Assembly (NCBI GenBank): GCA_005768725.1
Contig: VAFM01000002.1
Span: 342,924-374,923 of the forward strand
From: Blastochloris viridis
GTDB taxonomy: Bacteria; Pseudomonadota; Alphaproteobacteria; UBA2136; UBA6156
Length of the DNA stretch: 32,000 nucleotides
Direction of reading: 5' to 3'
Of this stretch, positions 25,171-32,000 are shown in pieces; position 1 is the stretch's first letter, and each line of letters starts with the position of its first letter. The translations under genes and the position numbers were made by a program. The notes under the pieces are model-generated. The model was not told the DNA's origin. It saw only the letters and a list, made by a program, of their open reading frames with translations, and ran no database searches.

Positions 25171-25590
25171 ATGGTTCATGCACAAATCCTTATTATCGAC
25201 GAAAACGCCCGCGCCCGCGCCCTGCTGGCCAAACAGCTGACCGACCTCGCCTACGATGTCCACACGGCCGACTCGCTGACCGACGCCCTGACCAAACTCA
25301 AGGCGGCCAATGCCGAGGACAAACCGTACGAGTGCATCTGCCTCGGCCCAATGGAGCGCACCAGCGGTCTGGGACGTAAAGTCCTCCGCGTCATCCGCCA
25401 ACAGAAGGGCTACGGCAAAACCATTGTCATCGGCGCCAGCCATGATGAATCCTTCTGGGCCCCGATGAAGGCTACGCGCAATTTTCTTACCGTGCCGTAC
25501 ACCGACTTCAAGGATTCCGAAGAACCGAAATGGGATACGCACACGCTGAAAAGCTACCTGCCGACCCCCAAGGTGATGGCGACCATCTGA
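25171..25590 (+). CDS. Stand-alone receiver-like (pseudo-receiver) domain protein
   Basis: GAGGAGA RBS. ILIIDEN...YECICLGPMERTSG...IVIGASHD. The REC fold pattern is present, but the phospho-acceptor position reads Gly (CLGPM) and the conserved Lys-Pro reads Val-Pro. Confidence 0.6.
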   Translation: MVHAQILIIDENARARALLAKQLTDLAYDVHTADSLTDALTKLKAANAEDKPYECICLGPMERTSGLGRKVLRVIRQQKGYGKTIVIGASHDESFWAPMKATRNFLTVPYTDFKDSEEPKWDTHTLKSYLPTPKVMATI

Positions 25591-25609
25591 CCCGCCATCT
25601 CACACCAAC

Positions 25610-25641
25610 GCAAAGCCCCGGCCTCACCGCCGGGGCTTTGC
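25610..25641 (+). other. Perfect 13-bp GC-rich hairpin after the first receiver-like gene (no T-tract)
   Basis: GCAAAGCCCCGGC-CTCACC-GCCGGGGCTTTGC, followed by CGTAGC. Confidence 0.5.
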
Positions 25642-25733
25642 CGTAGCGGGAGGCTTGTGTTGACGCCTCTTCAGGTATACACATAGAGCATATATCCATC
25701 TGCACCATTCCTCGCATCACGGAAGGACAGACC

Positions 25734-26141
25734 ATGTTCCGCATTCTGCTGATTGAAGACGACCTGCCTGCCCAGACCGAACTGGCCGAAGCCCTCCGCG
25801 CACTGGACATCCAAGTCGATACTGCTGCTAACCCGCGCGAAATCGAGGCGCATCTCAAAACCTGCGAGACACGCCCCTACCATGTGGTTCTCACCGACTA
25901 CTGGCTTAACTGGAATAGTCATAGTGTGAGCGGCGATTACACCTACCGGGAGATCCGCCTCAGCTGCGGCAACACCCTACCGATCATCGCCGCCAGCTCC
26001 GATATGCCGATGTGGGAAAACCTGAAAGCCAAAAAGAACGACCCGCACTTGCATCTCATCGCCAAGATTCCCCGCGGCCATGGTTCCTTCTGGAATGCCG
26101 ACGCCACCATACTGCTGCTCAGAAAGCTCCTGCCTCTCTGA
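25734..26141 (+). CDS. Single-domain response regulator receiver protein (CheY-like, atypical insertion)
   Basis: GGAAGGA RBS. ILLIEDD, VVLTDYWL (Asp present), PIIAASSD, and IAKIP (Lys-x-Pro). There is an insertion, NWNSHSVSGDYTYREIRLSCGN, between the Asp strand and the Ser/Thr strand. Confidence 0.7.
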   Translation: MFRILLIEDDLPAQTELAEALRALDIQVDTAANPREIEAHLKTCETRPYHVVLTDYWLNWNSHSVSGDYTYREIRLSCGNTLPIIAASSDMPMWENLKAKKNDPHLHLIAKIPRGHGSFWNADATILLLRKLLPL

Positions 26142-26155
26142 ACCTGCATCAAAAG

Positions 26156-26186
26156 AAAAACCCCGGACCAATGGTCCGGGGTTTTT
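26156..26186. terminator. Bidirectional Rho-independent terminator (convergent receiver gene and nrdB)
   Basis: AAAAA-CCCCGGACC-AAT-GGTCCGGGG-TTTTT. Confidence 0.75.
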
Positions 26187-26199
26187 CTGCGCCATGCAA

Positions 26200-27282
26200 T
26201 TAGGCGTCGCTCTTGCCAAATTCCTGCAGAGGCTTGAACACATTCGCCAGCTTGCTCTCCTCCCAGGTCTGGTTGTTAACCGGGCTGACAGCCGACTCGA
26301 TCGTGCTGCTTTCCAGCATGGCGTCAAAGGCTTCGTCCCAGTTACCGCGGGTGCTGGCCTTGGCGTACTCGGTGGCGCGCTGTTCAAAGAAGTTGGCGTG
26401 CTCGTCGGCGTTCAGCATCAGGTCCATCCACGGCAGCGGGTTCTTCTCGATGTTGTAAACCGGGTCGATGTTCAGGCTGCGCAGACGACGGTCGGCGATG
26501 AAGCGGATGTAGTTCTGTACATCCTGCGGGGTCATGCCTTCGATCGGGCCCATTTCAAACGCGAGGTCGATGAACTTGTCTTCCATCTCCACGATCTTCT
26601 TGCAGGCGTCGGTGATCTCGGTCTTCAGGCGGTCGGTCCAGATGCTCGGGTTTTCCGACACAAAGGTGTTGAACAGCTTGATCATGCTCTGCACGTGCAG
26701 GGTTTCGTCACGTACACTCCAGGTCACGATCTGGCCCATGCCCTTCATCTTGTTGAAGCGCGGGAAGTTCATCAGCATCGCAAAGCTGGCGAAGAGCGAC
26801 AGACCTTCGGTGAAAGCCGCAAAGATGGCCATGGCCACGGCAATGCTGTGGTCGTCATCGACGTTCACGCTGTGCAGGAAGTCGTACTTGTCCTTCATTT
26901 CCGAGTATTCCATGAAAGCAGAGTATTCGGTTTCCGGCATACCGATGGTGTCCAGCAGGTGGCTGTAGGCCGCAATGTGCACGGTTTCCATGTTGGCAAA
27001 GCTGGTCATCATCATCAGCACTTCGGTGCTCTTGAACACCTGGGTGAAGTACTTGAGGTAGGCGCCGTTCACTTCCACGTCGCTCTGGGTGAAGAAGCGG
27101 AAGATCTGGGTCAGCAGGTTCTTTTCAGCGGCATTCAGCTCGGTGTTCCATTGCTTCACGTCGTCTGCCATCGGCACTTCTTCCGGCAGCCAGTGAATAC
27201 GCTGCTGCATCAGCCAGCTTTCATAGGCCCACGGGTAGTCAAACGGCTTGTAACCTACGCGTTCTACTTTCAAATTGGCCAT
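26200..27282 (-). CDS. nrdB: Class Ia ribonucleotide reductase beta subunit
   Basis: Ferritin-like di-iron motifs. FANMETVHIAAYSHLL has E-x2-H plus Tyr four residues after the His, the radical site. GGAAGGA RBS before the ATG at 27282; the track start at 27372 adds 30 aa and has no RBS. Confidence 0.93.
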   Translation of the reverse strand: MANLKVERVGYKPFDYPWAYESWLMQQRIHWLPEEVPMADDVKQWNTELNAAEKNLLTQIFRFFTQSDVEVNGAYLKYFTQVFKSTEVLMMMTSFANMETVHIAAYSHLLDTIGMPETEYSAFMEYSEMKDKYDFLHSVNVDDDHSIAVAMAIFAAFTEGLSLFASFAMLMNFPRFNKMKGMGQIVTWSVRDETLHVQSMIKLFNTFVSENPSIWTDRLKTEITDACKKIVEMEDKFIDLAFEMGPIEGMTPQDVQNYIRFIADRRLRSLNIDPVYNIEKNPLPWMDLMLNADEHANFFEQRATEYAKASTRGNWDEAFDAMLESSTIESAVSPVNNQTWEESKLANVFKPLQEFGKSDA

Positions 27283-27521
27283 GGTATGTCCTTCCTTTTC
27301 TCGTTGTTTGGCATGGGCCTTGTGGGTCACTTTCGCGGCCGCAGGCTCAAAATTGATGACACTTGCTGTCATGGTGTCGCCCTTCCCTTGTTACGTAAAG
27401 GCAGCTTCTTGAGTCTGTCTTTACCCCCTCGAACTCCAGGTTTGGATTTTTCCAAATCCTTCGCTCAAAATGTCTTTAAGCAGAGGTTTTATGCACCCCT
27501 TTTTCCGTGCATTCAACCCTT

Positions 27522-27551
27522 ATTTTAAAGGGGATATTTGATATTTATCAA
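27522..27551 (-). promoter_or_regulatory. Candidate sigma70-type promoter inside the nrdA-nrdB spacer
   Basis: On the minus strand: TTGATA, 18-nt spacer, TAAAAT, within the only AT-rich stretch of the spacer. The -35 element overlaps the inverted repeat TTTGAT-ATTT-ATCAAA. Confidence 0.3.
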
Positions 27552-27650
27552 ACCGATAAACACCATCTATCGCCACAAAAAATCCGTACCTCTCCGCATC
27601 ACACGGAAGAGGCACGGACAATCACTTTTGGCAGCCGCACATCGGCTGCA

Positions 27651-27748
27651 CTCGGCGGGATGAGGCGGTGCTTTTTACTTTGGCGCCGTGTACGAAAGAG
27701 AGGGTACATCAGCCAAAGTAAAAAGTGCCGGATCGCCCGTCCGATGCG
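27651..27748 (+). repeat. Hairpin-repeat family copy C, directly after the nrdA stop
   Basis: GCTTTTTACTTTGGC-GCCG-TGTAC-GAAAGAGAGG-GTACA-TCA-GCCAAAGTAAAAAG(T)GC, plus the outer stem CGGCGGGAT..CGG / CCG..ATC(G)CCCG(T)CCG. It ends 6 nt from the nrdA stop codon. Confidence 0.65.
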
Positions 27749-27754
27749 GCCGAA

Positions 27755-29557
27755 TTATTGGCAGGCAAGGCACTCTTCGTACTTCTGGGCTCCGCCATCA
27801 GTCCCCGTCGCCTTCAGCTGCACCTGCTGCTTCGGCTGGTTGCCTGGCAAGCTCACAACTTCAGCACGCTGCAGACTCTTGCTGCGGCAGTAGTACATGC
27901 TCTTGATGCCCTTCTTCCACGCCATGTAGTGCAGCATGTGCAGGTCGCGCTTGTGCACGTCGGCGGGCAGGAAGACGTTGAGGCTTTGCGCTTGGCAGAT
28001 GAACGGCGTGCGGTCGGCGGCATGTTCGATGATCCAGCGCTGATCGAGTTCGAAGGCGGTCTTGAACACGTCCTTCTCGGCATCGGTCAGGAAGTCGAGG
28101 TGCATCACGCTGCCACCATTCACCGTAATGCTGGTCCAGGTGTCTTCGTCGTCCATGTTGTACTTCTGCAGAACCTTCTTCAGGTGCTTGTTACGCACGT
28201 TAAAGGTGCCTTCCAGAGTCTTGTGGTTGTAGCTGTTGGAAGGATACGGCTCGATACCCGGGCTGGCGTTACCGCAGTAGATGCTGGAGCTCGCATTCGG
28301 CGCGATGGCGATCTTGTGGGAGAAACGCTCCTTCACCAGCATTTCGGCGGCGTCGGGGTTCGGGCCACGCTCTTCGGCAAGCTGCACGCTGGCCTTGTCG
28401 GCGTGCTCCTTGATGTACTTGAACATCTTCTTGTTCCAGACCTTGGCCATCACGCTTTCAAACGGAATGCCCTTCATCTGCAGGAAGCTGTGGAAGCCCA
28501 TGGCACCCAGACCCACGGCACGTTCACGCATGGCGCTGTAACGGGCGCGTTCCATGGCTTGCGGCGCACGGTCAATAAAGTCCTGCAGAATGTTGTCCAG
28601 GTAGCGCATCAGGTCTTCGATGAACTGCGGCTCCTGGCTCCATTCTTCAAAGTATTCCAGGTTGACCGAGCTCAGGCAGCACACGGCGGTGCGCTCTTTG
28701 TTGTATTGGTCAAGGCCGGTCGGCAGAACGATTTCGCAGCACAGGTTGCTCATCTTAACGCTCAGGCCGGCCTTCTTCTGGTAATCGGGCAGGAACTTGT
28801 TCACGTTGTCGATGAACAGCAGGTACGGCTCGCCCTGTTCCATACGGCTGGTCAGCAGCTTGATCCAGATATAGCGGGCCTTGACCTGCTTGATGACCGC
28901 ACCGGTCTTCGGGCTCTTCAGGTCGTACAGGCTGTCGGTTTCCACGGCACGCATAAATTCGTCATCAATCACAACGGCATTGTGCAGGTACAAAGCCTTA
29001 CGCATCGGGTCGCCACCGGTGGGCTTACGGATGTCGATGAATTCTTCAATTTCCGGGTGGTTGACGTTCAGATACACAGCGGCGGCACCACGACGGGCAC
29101 TGCCTTGGTCAATGGCGCGGGTCATGGAGTCCTGCACGACGATGAACGGTACGATACCGGTGGTCTTGCCGTTGATACCGACCTTTTCACCGATGGAGCG
29201 GATCTGGCTCCAGTTGGTCCCGATACCACCACCATTGGAGGAAATGGCAACGTTCTCGTTCCAGGTGCTGGTAATGCCCTGCATGCTGTCGGTCACTTCA
29301 TTCAGGAAGCAGGAGATCGGCAGAGCACGGGTCGCACCGCCGTTGGCCAGTACCGGGGTGGCGGGCACAAACCACAGCTTGCTCATATAGTCATACAGGC
29401 GCTGGGCGTGGGCGCTGTCATCGGCGTAGGCTTTGGCCACACGGGCAAAGGCGTCCTGCGGCTTTTCACCAGGCAATAAGTAACGGTCACGCAAGGTGGC
29501 TTTACCAAAGTCGGTAAGCAGGTTTTCGCGGTCGTAATCCACCTGAACGTCGTACAT
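27755..29557 (-). CDS. nrdA: Class Ia ribonucleotide reductase alpha subunit (short form, no N-terminal ATP-cone seen)
   Basis: NLLTDFGKATLRDRYLL at the N-terminus, PISCFL, catalytic SNLCCEI, and a C-terminal CLAC redox pair. I prefer the ATG at 29557 (MYDVQVDY...); 29617 is an alternative. Confidence 0.93.
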   Translation of the reverse strand: MYDVQVDYDRENLLTDFGKATLRDRYLLPGEKPQDAFARVAKAYADDSAHAQRLYDYMSKLWFVPATPVLANGGATRALPISCFLNEVTDSMQGITSTWNENVAISSNGGGIGTNWSQIRSIGEKVGINGKTTGIVPFIVVQDSMTRAIDQGSARRGAAAVYLNVNHPEIEEFIDIRKPTGGDPMRKALYLHNAVVIDDEFMRAVETDSLYDLKSPKTGAVIKQVKARYIWIKLLTSRMEQGEPYLLFIDNVNKFLPDYQKKAGLSVKMSNLCCEIVLPTGLDQYNKERTAVCCLSSVNLEYFEEWSQEPQFIEDLMRYLDNILQDFIDRAPQAMERARYSAMRERAVGLGAMGFHSFLQMKGIPFESVMAKVWNKKMFKYIKEHADKASVQLAEERGPNPDAAEMLVKERFSHKIAIAPNASSSIYCGNASPGIEPYPSNSYNHKTLEGTFNVRNKHLKKVLQKYNMDDEDTWTSITVNGGSVMHLDFLTDAEKDVFKTAFELDQRWIIEHAADRTPFICQAQSLNVFLPADVHKRDLHMLHYMAWKKGIKSMYYCRSKSLQRAEVVSLPGNQPKQQVQLKATGTDGGAQKYEECLACQ

Positions 29558-29968
29558 GTCCGTTTCTTTCTCTCTAGTCTTATCGTCGTCGGCGTTACCC
29601 TTTCTCAACACATCCAACCATGGGGGTTTGTTGGGTGCGGTTTCAGAAAGTCATTGGCTTACACCTGGCTTTCCAAACGGGGGTTCCGCGCTCGGAGAGG
29701 GGGCAGAAGACCCTCCCCCCAACCTTGTCGAACACGCGGTACCACTCTTAGTCGTCTGGTACCGTTCTTACGGTAGGGGAGGCGGCGCTCAATCAGCTCT
29801 CTCTCCGGTATGTCGGCATCATTCCCTTATTCCCTCCCCCTGCCAAGACCCATTAAGTCATTGATGTTTCCACCAACACGCTGAAAATAGGCACCTACCT
29901 GCCCACATTTTAAGCATCCACCAGCACCCCTTACCTACTACCCACTGTGTCTTTTACGCGCACCCAAC

Positions 29969-29982
29969 CACTATATATAGTG
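29969..29982. promoter_or_regulatory. NrdR-box-like perfect palindrome upstream of nrdA
   Basis: CACTATATATAGTG is a perfect 14-bp palindrome. It matches the published NrdR box consensus acaCwAtATaTwGtgt (quoted from memory). A weaker second site, CTAGATTTTG, lies at 30000-30009. Confidence 0.6.
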
Positions 29983-30012
29983 CACACACATCATACCTAC
30001 TAGATTTTGAAT

Positions 30013-30055
30013 TTATCCCCAACCGTCACCACATTCAGTGGTGTTATCCCCAACC
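30013..30055. promoter_or_regulatory. Two 12-bp direct repeats containing DnaA-box-like TTATCCCCA, flanking an inverted repeat
   Basis: TTATCCCCAACC occurs at 30013-30024 and 30044-30055 (31-bp period). CACCAC-ATTCA-GTGGTG lies between them at 30027-30043. Confidence 0.35.
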
Positions 30056-30131
30056 CACAAAAACACACCTAACACCAAACCCTTCCCCGAGGCATCAAAA
30101 CCTTAGATATCCATCTCCTTCACTCATGCCG

Positions 30132-30160
30132 AAAAAGAATCCGCCCGCCAAAGGCGGGCG
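30132..30160 (-). terminator. Rho-independent terminator downstream of the TPR gene and repeat copy D
   Basis: CGCCCGCC-TTT-GGCGGGCG on the minus strand, followed by GATTCTTTTT. Confidence 0.65.
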
Positions 30161-30174
30161 TTGATGCGGATCCG

Positions 30175-30298
30175 GAACTCGCTGAGCGGGAGGGATTTTT
30201 CGTTTTCTTCCGTTGCCGAGCACCGTAAATGTACAAACAGTACATGCGGAGCGCATGGCGGCGGAAAAAACGGAAAAGCACCCGGCTCAGTAGAGTTC
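30175..30298 (+). repeat. Hairpin-repeat family copy D (diverged), directly after the TPR gene stop
   Basis: Apex CCGT-AA-ATGTAC-AAACA-GTACAT-GCGG. Outer stems GAACTC/GAGTTC, CTGAGC/GCTCAG and GGG/CCC. T-rich and A-rich middle arms. It ends 2 nt from the stop codon. Confidence 0.5.
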
Positions 30299-30300
30299 GC

Positions 30301-32000
30301 TTATTTAAGCTTTCTCTCTACGCGCTTACGGAAGCCCTCATCCGGCCCCTCTTTGCCCTCATCCAGAAGGTCGAGCGCACGCTGCCATTCCCGCACGGCC
30401 TGATCCTTCTGCCCCAGCTTCAGGTAGGCATCACCCAGGTGGTCATAAATCTCGGGGCTTTCCGGGTCCTGTTCGGTGGCACGCTGCAGGTAGGCCTGCG
30501 CGCTATCGTAATCACCTTGCTTATAATAAGCCCAGCCGAGGCTGTCGGTGATAGCCCCATCATCGGGTTGCAAGGTATGCGCCTTTTGCAGCAAACCAAA
30601 GGCTTCCGGAATATTCCGGCCATTATCTACCCACATATAGCCCAGGTAGTTAAGGATCTGCGCATTGGCGGGGTCAATCGCCAACGCCGCCTGCATATCC
30701 TCACTGGCCTCATCAATATCCTTGCGACGCTCATGGGCCACACCCCGGGCAAACAGCACTTCCATGCGTGCGGCCGGCGGCGTCGTGGCGGGCATTACCT
30801 CCAGCAGACGCGTATAATAAGAGACAGCCTCGCGGTAATCCTCACGGGCATAGGCCAGTTGCGCCAGGCTGCGCATCAGGTTCGGCTCATCCGGGTAATC
30901 CTTGGCCAGTTTGCGCAATACTTTCCACGGGGTGTCCTTGTCACCTTGCTGGAACTGAACTTCGGCCAGGCGGATATGCGCAGCTAAGCGTACACCTTCC
31001 GGCACCTCATCTCCCAGCAAACGCGCGTATTCCGCCTGCGCCACAGCCAAGTCGCCGCCCATTTCCAGCAGCATACCTGTGTAGTAGCGGGCATGCACAT
31101 CATTCGGGTTAAGCCACAAGGAAAGATTCAGCACCTGACGTGCCGGGCCATACGCCCCCTGCGCCCATACCAGCAAACCAAAATCGGTCAGCACACTGGC
31201 TAAGTCCTCATCCAGCGTGCTGGCAAACGGACGCGGCATGTCATTCAGCAGGGTTTTACCGGCAGGCACCAGCGCCGCAAGGCTGGGGTTGGCCGCCCGG
31301 AACGAATCGTACACGGCTGCACCGGCGCCCGGCTCACCCTGACGCGCTAAGGTCTGGCCCAGCAGCAGGGTGGTCGCAACCGAACCCGGCTCAGCCAGCG
31401 CGGCCTGCTTCAAAGCGTCCAGCGCCTTGGCAGGTTCACCAGCCTTCAGCCACAGGCGGGCCACATGGTAATTGCGGCGCCCGCTCATGCTCGGCGGCAA
31501 ACCGTCACTGTCCAGCCATTCGATCAACTTCGGCACATCCTTGCCGGTGCCGTAATCCAGATACACCTGCATCAGGCGGAACTGTAGCAACTCGGGCGAA
31601 ACCTTGCTCACTTCGCGGGCCAGCTTGCGGCTTTCCTCCAAACGGCCTTCGTGGGCCGCATCCACCACACGCACCAGACGGGTCATGGTGGTCTGCTCGG
31701 CTTCCGGCAGACTGCGGGCTAAACGGATGGCATTGGGCACATCGCCTGCCATCAACGCCAGCTCCAACGTACGCCGACGCAGTTCGATATTAGCGGAGTC
31801 TTCACCCAGCGCCCCCAAATAGCCTTGCAGCGCCGTGGTGGGGTTACCGTCCAGGTCGGCCACGGCTCCTTTCAGATACGCCCCTACACCCATGGAATTG
31901 TCATCAGGCGCATCCCCCTGCAGCACAACCGGAGAAGCCAGCGGGGTCGCGGGGCTGCTCATCACCGGCGCCGCCTGCGCGATGCGCACGTCACCAGCGA
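30301..32000 (-). CDS. Tetratricopeptide-repeat (TPR) protein, N-terminus probably outside the window
   Basis: Many 34-residue TPR-like units (e.g. AYYKQGDYDSAQAYLQRATEQDPESPEIYDHLGDAYLKLGQKDQAVREWQRAL). The frame stays open to the window edge beyond the GTG at 31989. Confidence 0.8.
   Translation of the reverse strand, partial: AGDVRIAQAAPVMSSPATPLASPVVLQGDAPDDNSMGVGAYLKGAVADLDGNPTTALQGYLGALGEDSANIELRRRTLELALMAGDVPNAIRLARSLPEAEQTTMTRLVRVVDAAHEGRLEESRKLAREVSKVSPELLQFRLMQVYLDYGTGKDVPKLIEWLDSDGLPPSMSGRRNYHVARLWLKAGEPAKALDALKQAALAEPGSVATTLLLGQTLARQGEPGAGAAVYDSFRAANPSLAALVPAGKTLLNDMPRPFASTLDEDLASVLTDFGLLVWAQGAYGPARQVLNLSLWLNPNDVHARYYTGMLLEMGGDLAVAQAEYARLLGDEVPEGVRLAAHIRLAEVQFQQGDKDTPWKVLRKLAKDYPDEPNLMRSLAQLAYAREDYREAVSYYTRLLEVMPATTPPAARMEVLFARGVAHERRKDIDEASEDMQAALAIDPANAQILNYLGYMWVDNGRNIPEAFGLLQKAHTLQPDDGAITDSLGWAYYKQGDYDSAQAYLQRATEQDPESPEIYDHLGDAYLKLGQKDQAVREWQRALDLLDEGKEGPDEGFRKRVERKLK

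Noticed and set aside
27725-29479. 584-aa plus-strand ORF across nrdA (and likewise 26080-27528 across nrdB, 13109-14017 across atpB, 14595-15638 across dsbA, 7395-8174 across fliJ/fliI)
   Set aside because: All are antisense to genes with unmistakable conserved motifs and show low-complexity shadow-frame composition.
30000-30009. Second NrdR box as a confident call
   Set aside because: It has two mismatches in the core, and the centre-to-centre distance of 29 bp to the perfect box falls short of the expected roughly 31-32 bp. It is kept only as a tentative note within the nrdA regulatory finding.
1-32000. Search for CRISPR arrays, tRNA/rRNA genes, IS elements, integrases, reverse transcriptases and tandem repeats
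   Set aside because: Nothing of this kind was seen by eye. The only repeated sequences found are the four hairpin elements and short operator-like repeats upstream of nrdA.

Overview
GC-rich (roughly 60% by eye) chromosomal window. Gene content and order look alphaproteobacterial, which is an inference. It is mostly housekeeping genes: a scattered flagellar/chemotaxis set (flhF tail, flhG, a FliK-like protein, cheR, fliJ, fliI, cheW); the membrane half of the ATP synthase operon (atpI/Z-like, atpB, atpE, one atpF) next to rpmE; dsbA-like, DUF721 and mutY; a minus-strand run of slt, rnhB, a glycosyltransferase, an epimerase and a class IV aminotransferase; trmD-rplS; two stand-alone receiver-like proteins; nrdA-nrdB; and a TPR protein running off the right edge. 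I found no rRNA, tRNA, CRISPR array, transposase or integrase. The most unusual signal is non-coding. Four long imperfect hairpin repeats (about 100-135 nt) share a conserved apex (CCGT..TGTAC-loop-GTACA) and lower stems that differ in sequence but stay complementary. All four have the same orientation, and each sits 2-34 nt from the stop codon of a minus-strand gene (atpB, slt, nrdA, TPR gene). Other points worth a second look: a plus-strand two-gene small-membrane-protein cassette wedged between the atpI/Z-like gene and atpB; a signal-peptide protein with a phage tail-fibre (S74) chaperone domain directly after cheR; four uncharacterised membrane proteins after cheW; a tandem pair of orphan receiver-like proteins, one lacking the phospho-acceptor Asp; a dense nrdA control region (a perfect NrdR-box palindrome, DnaA-box-like direct repeats, a long G-rich leader); and a structured trmD-rplS spacer. 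All product calls come from reading motifs in the translations. No database search was run.
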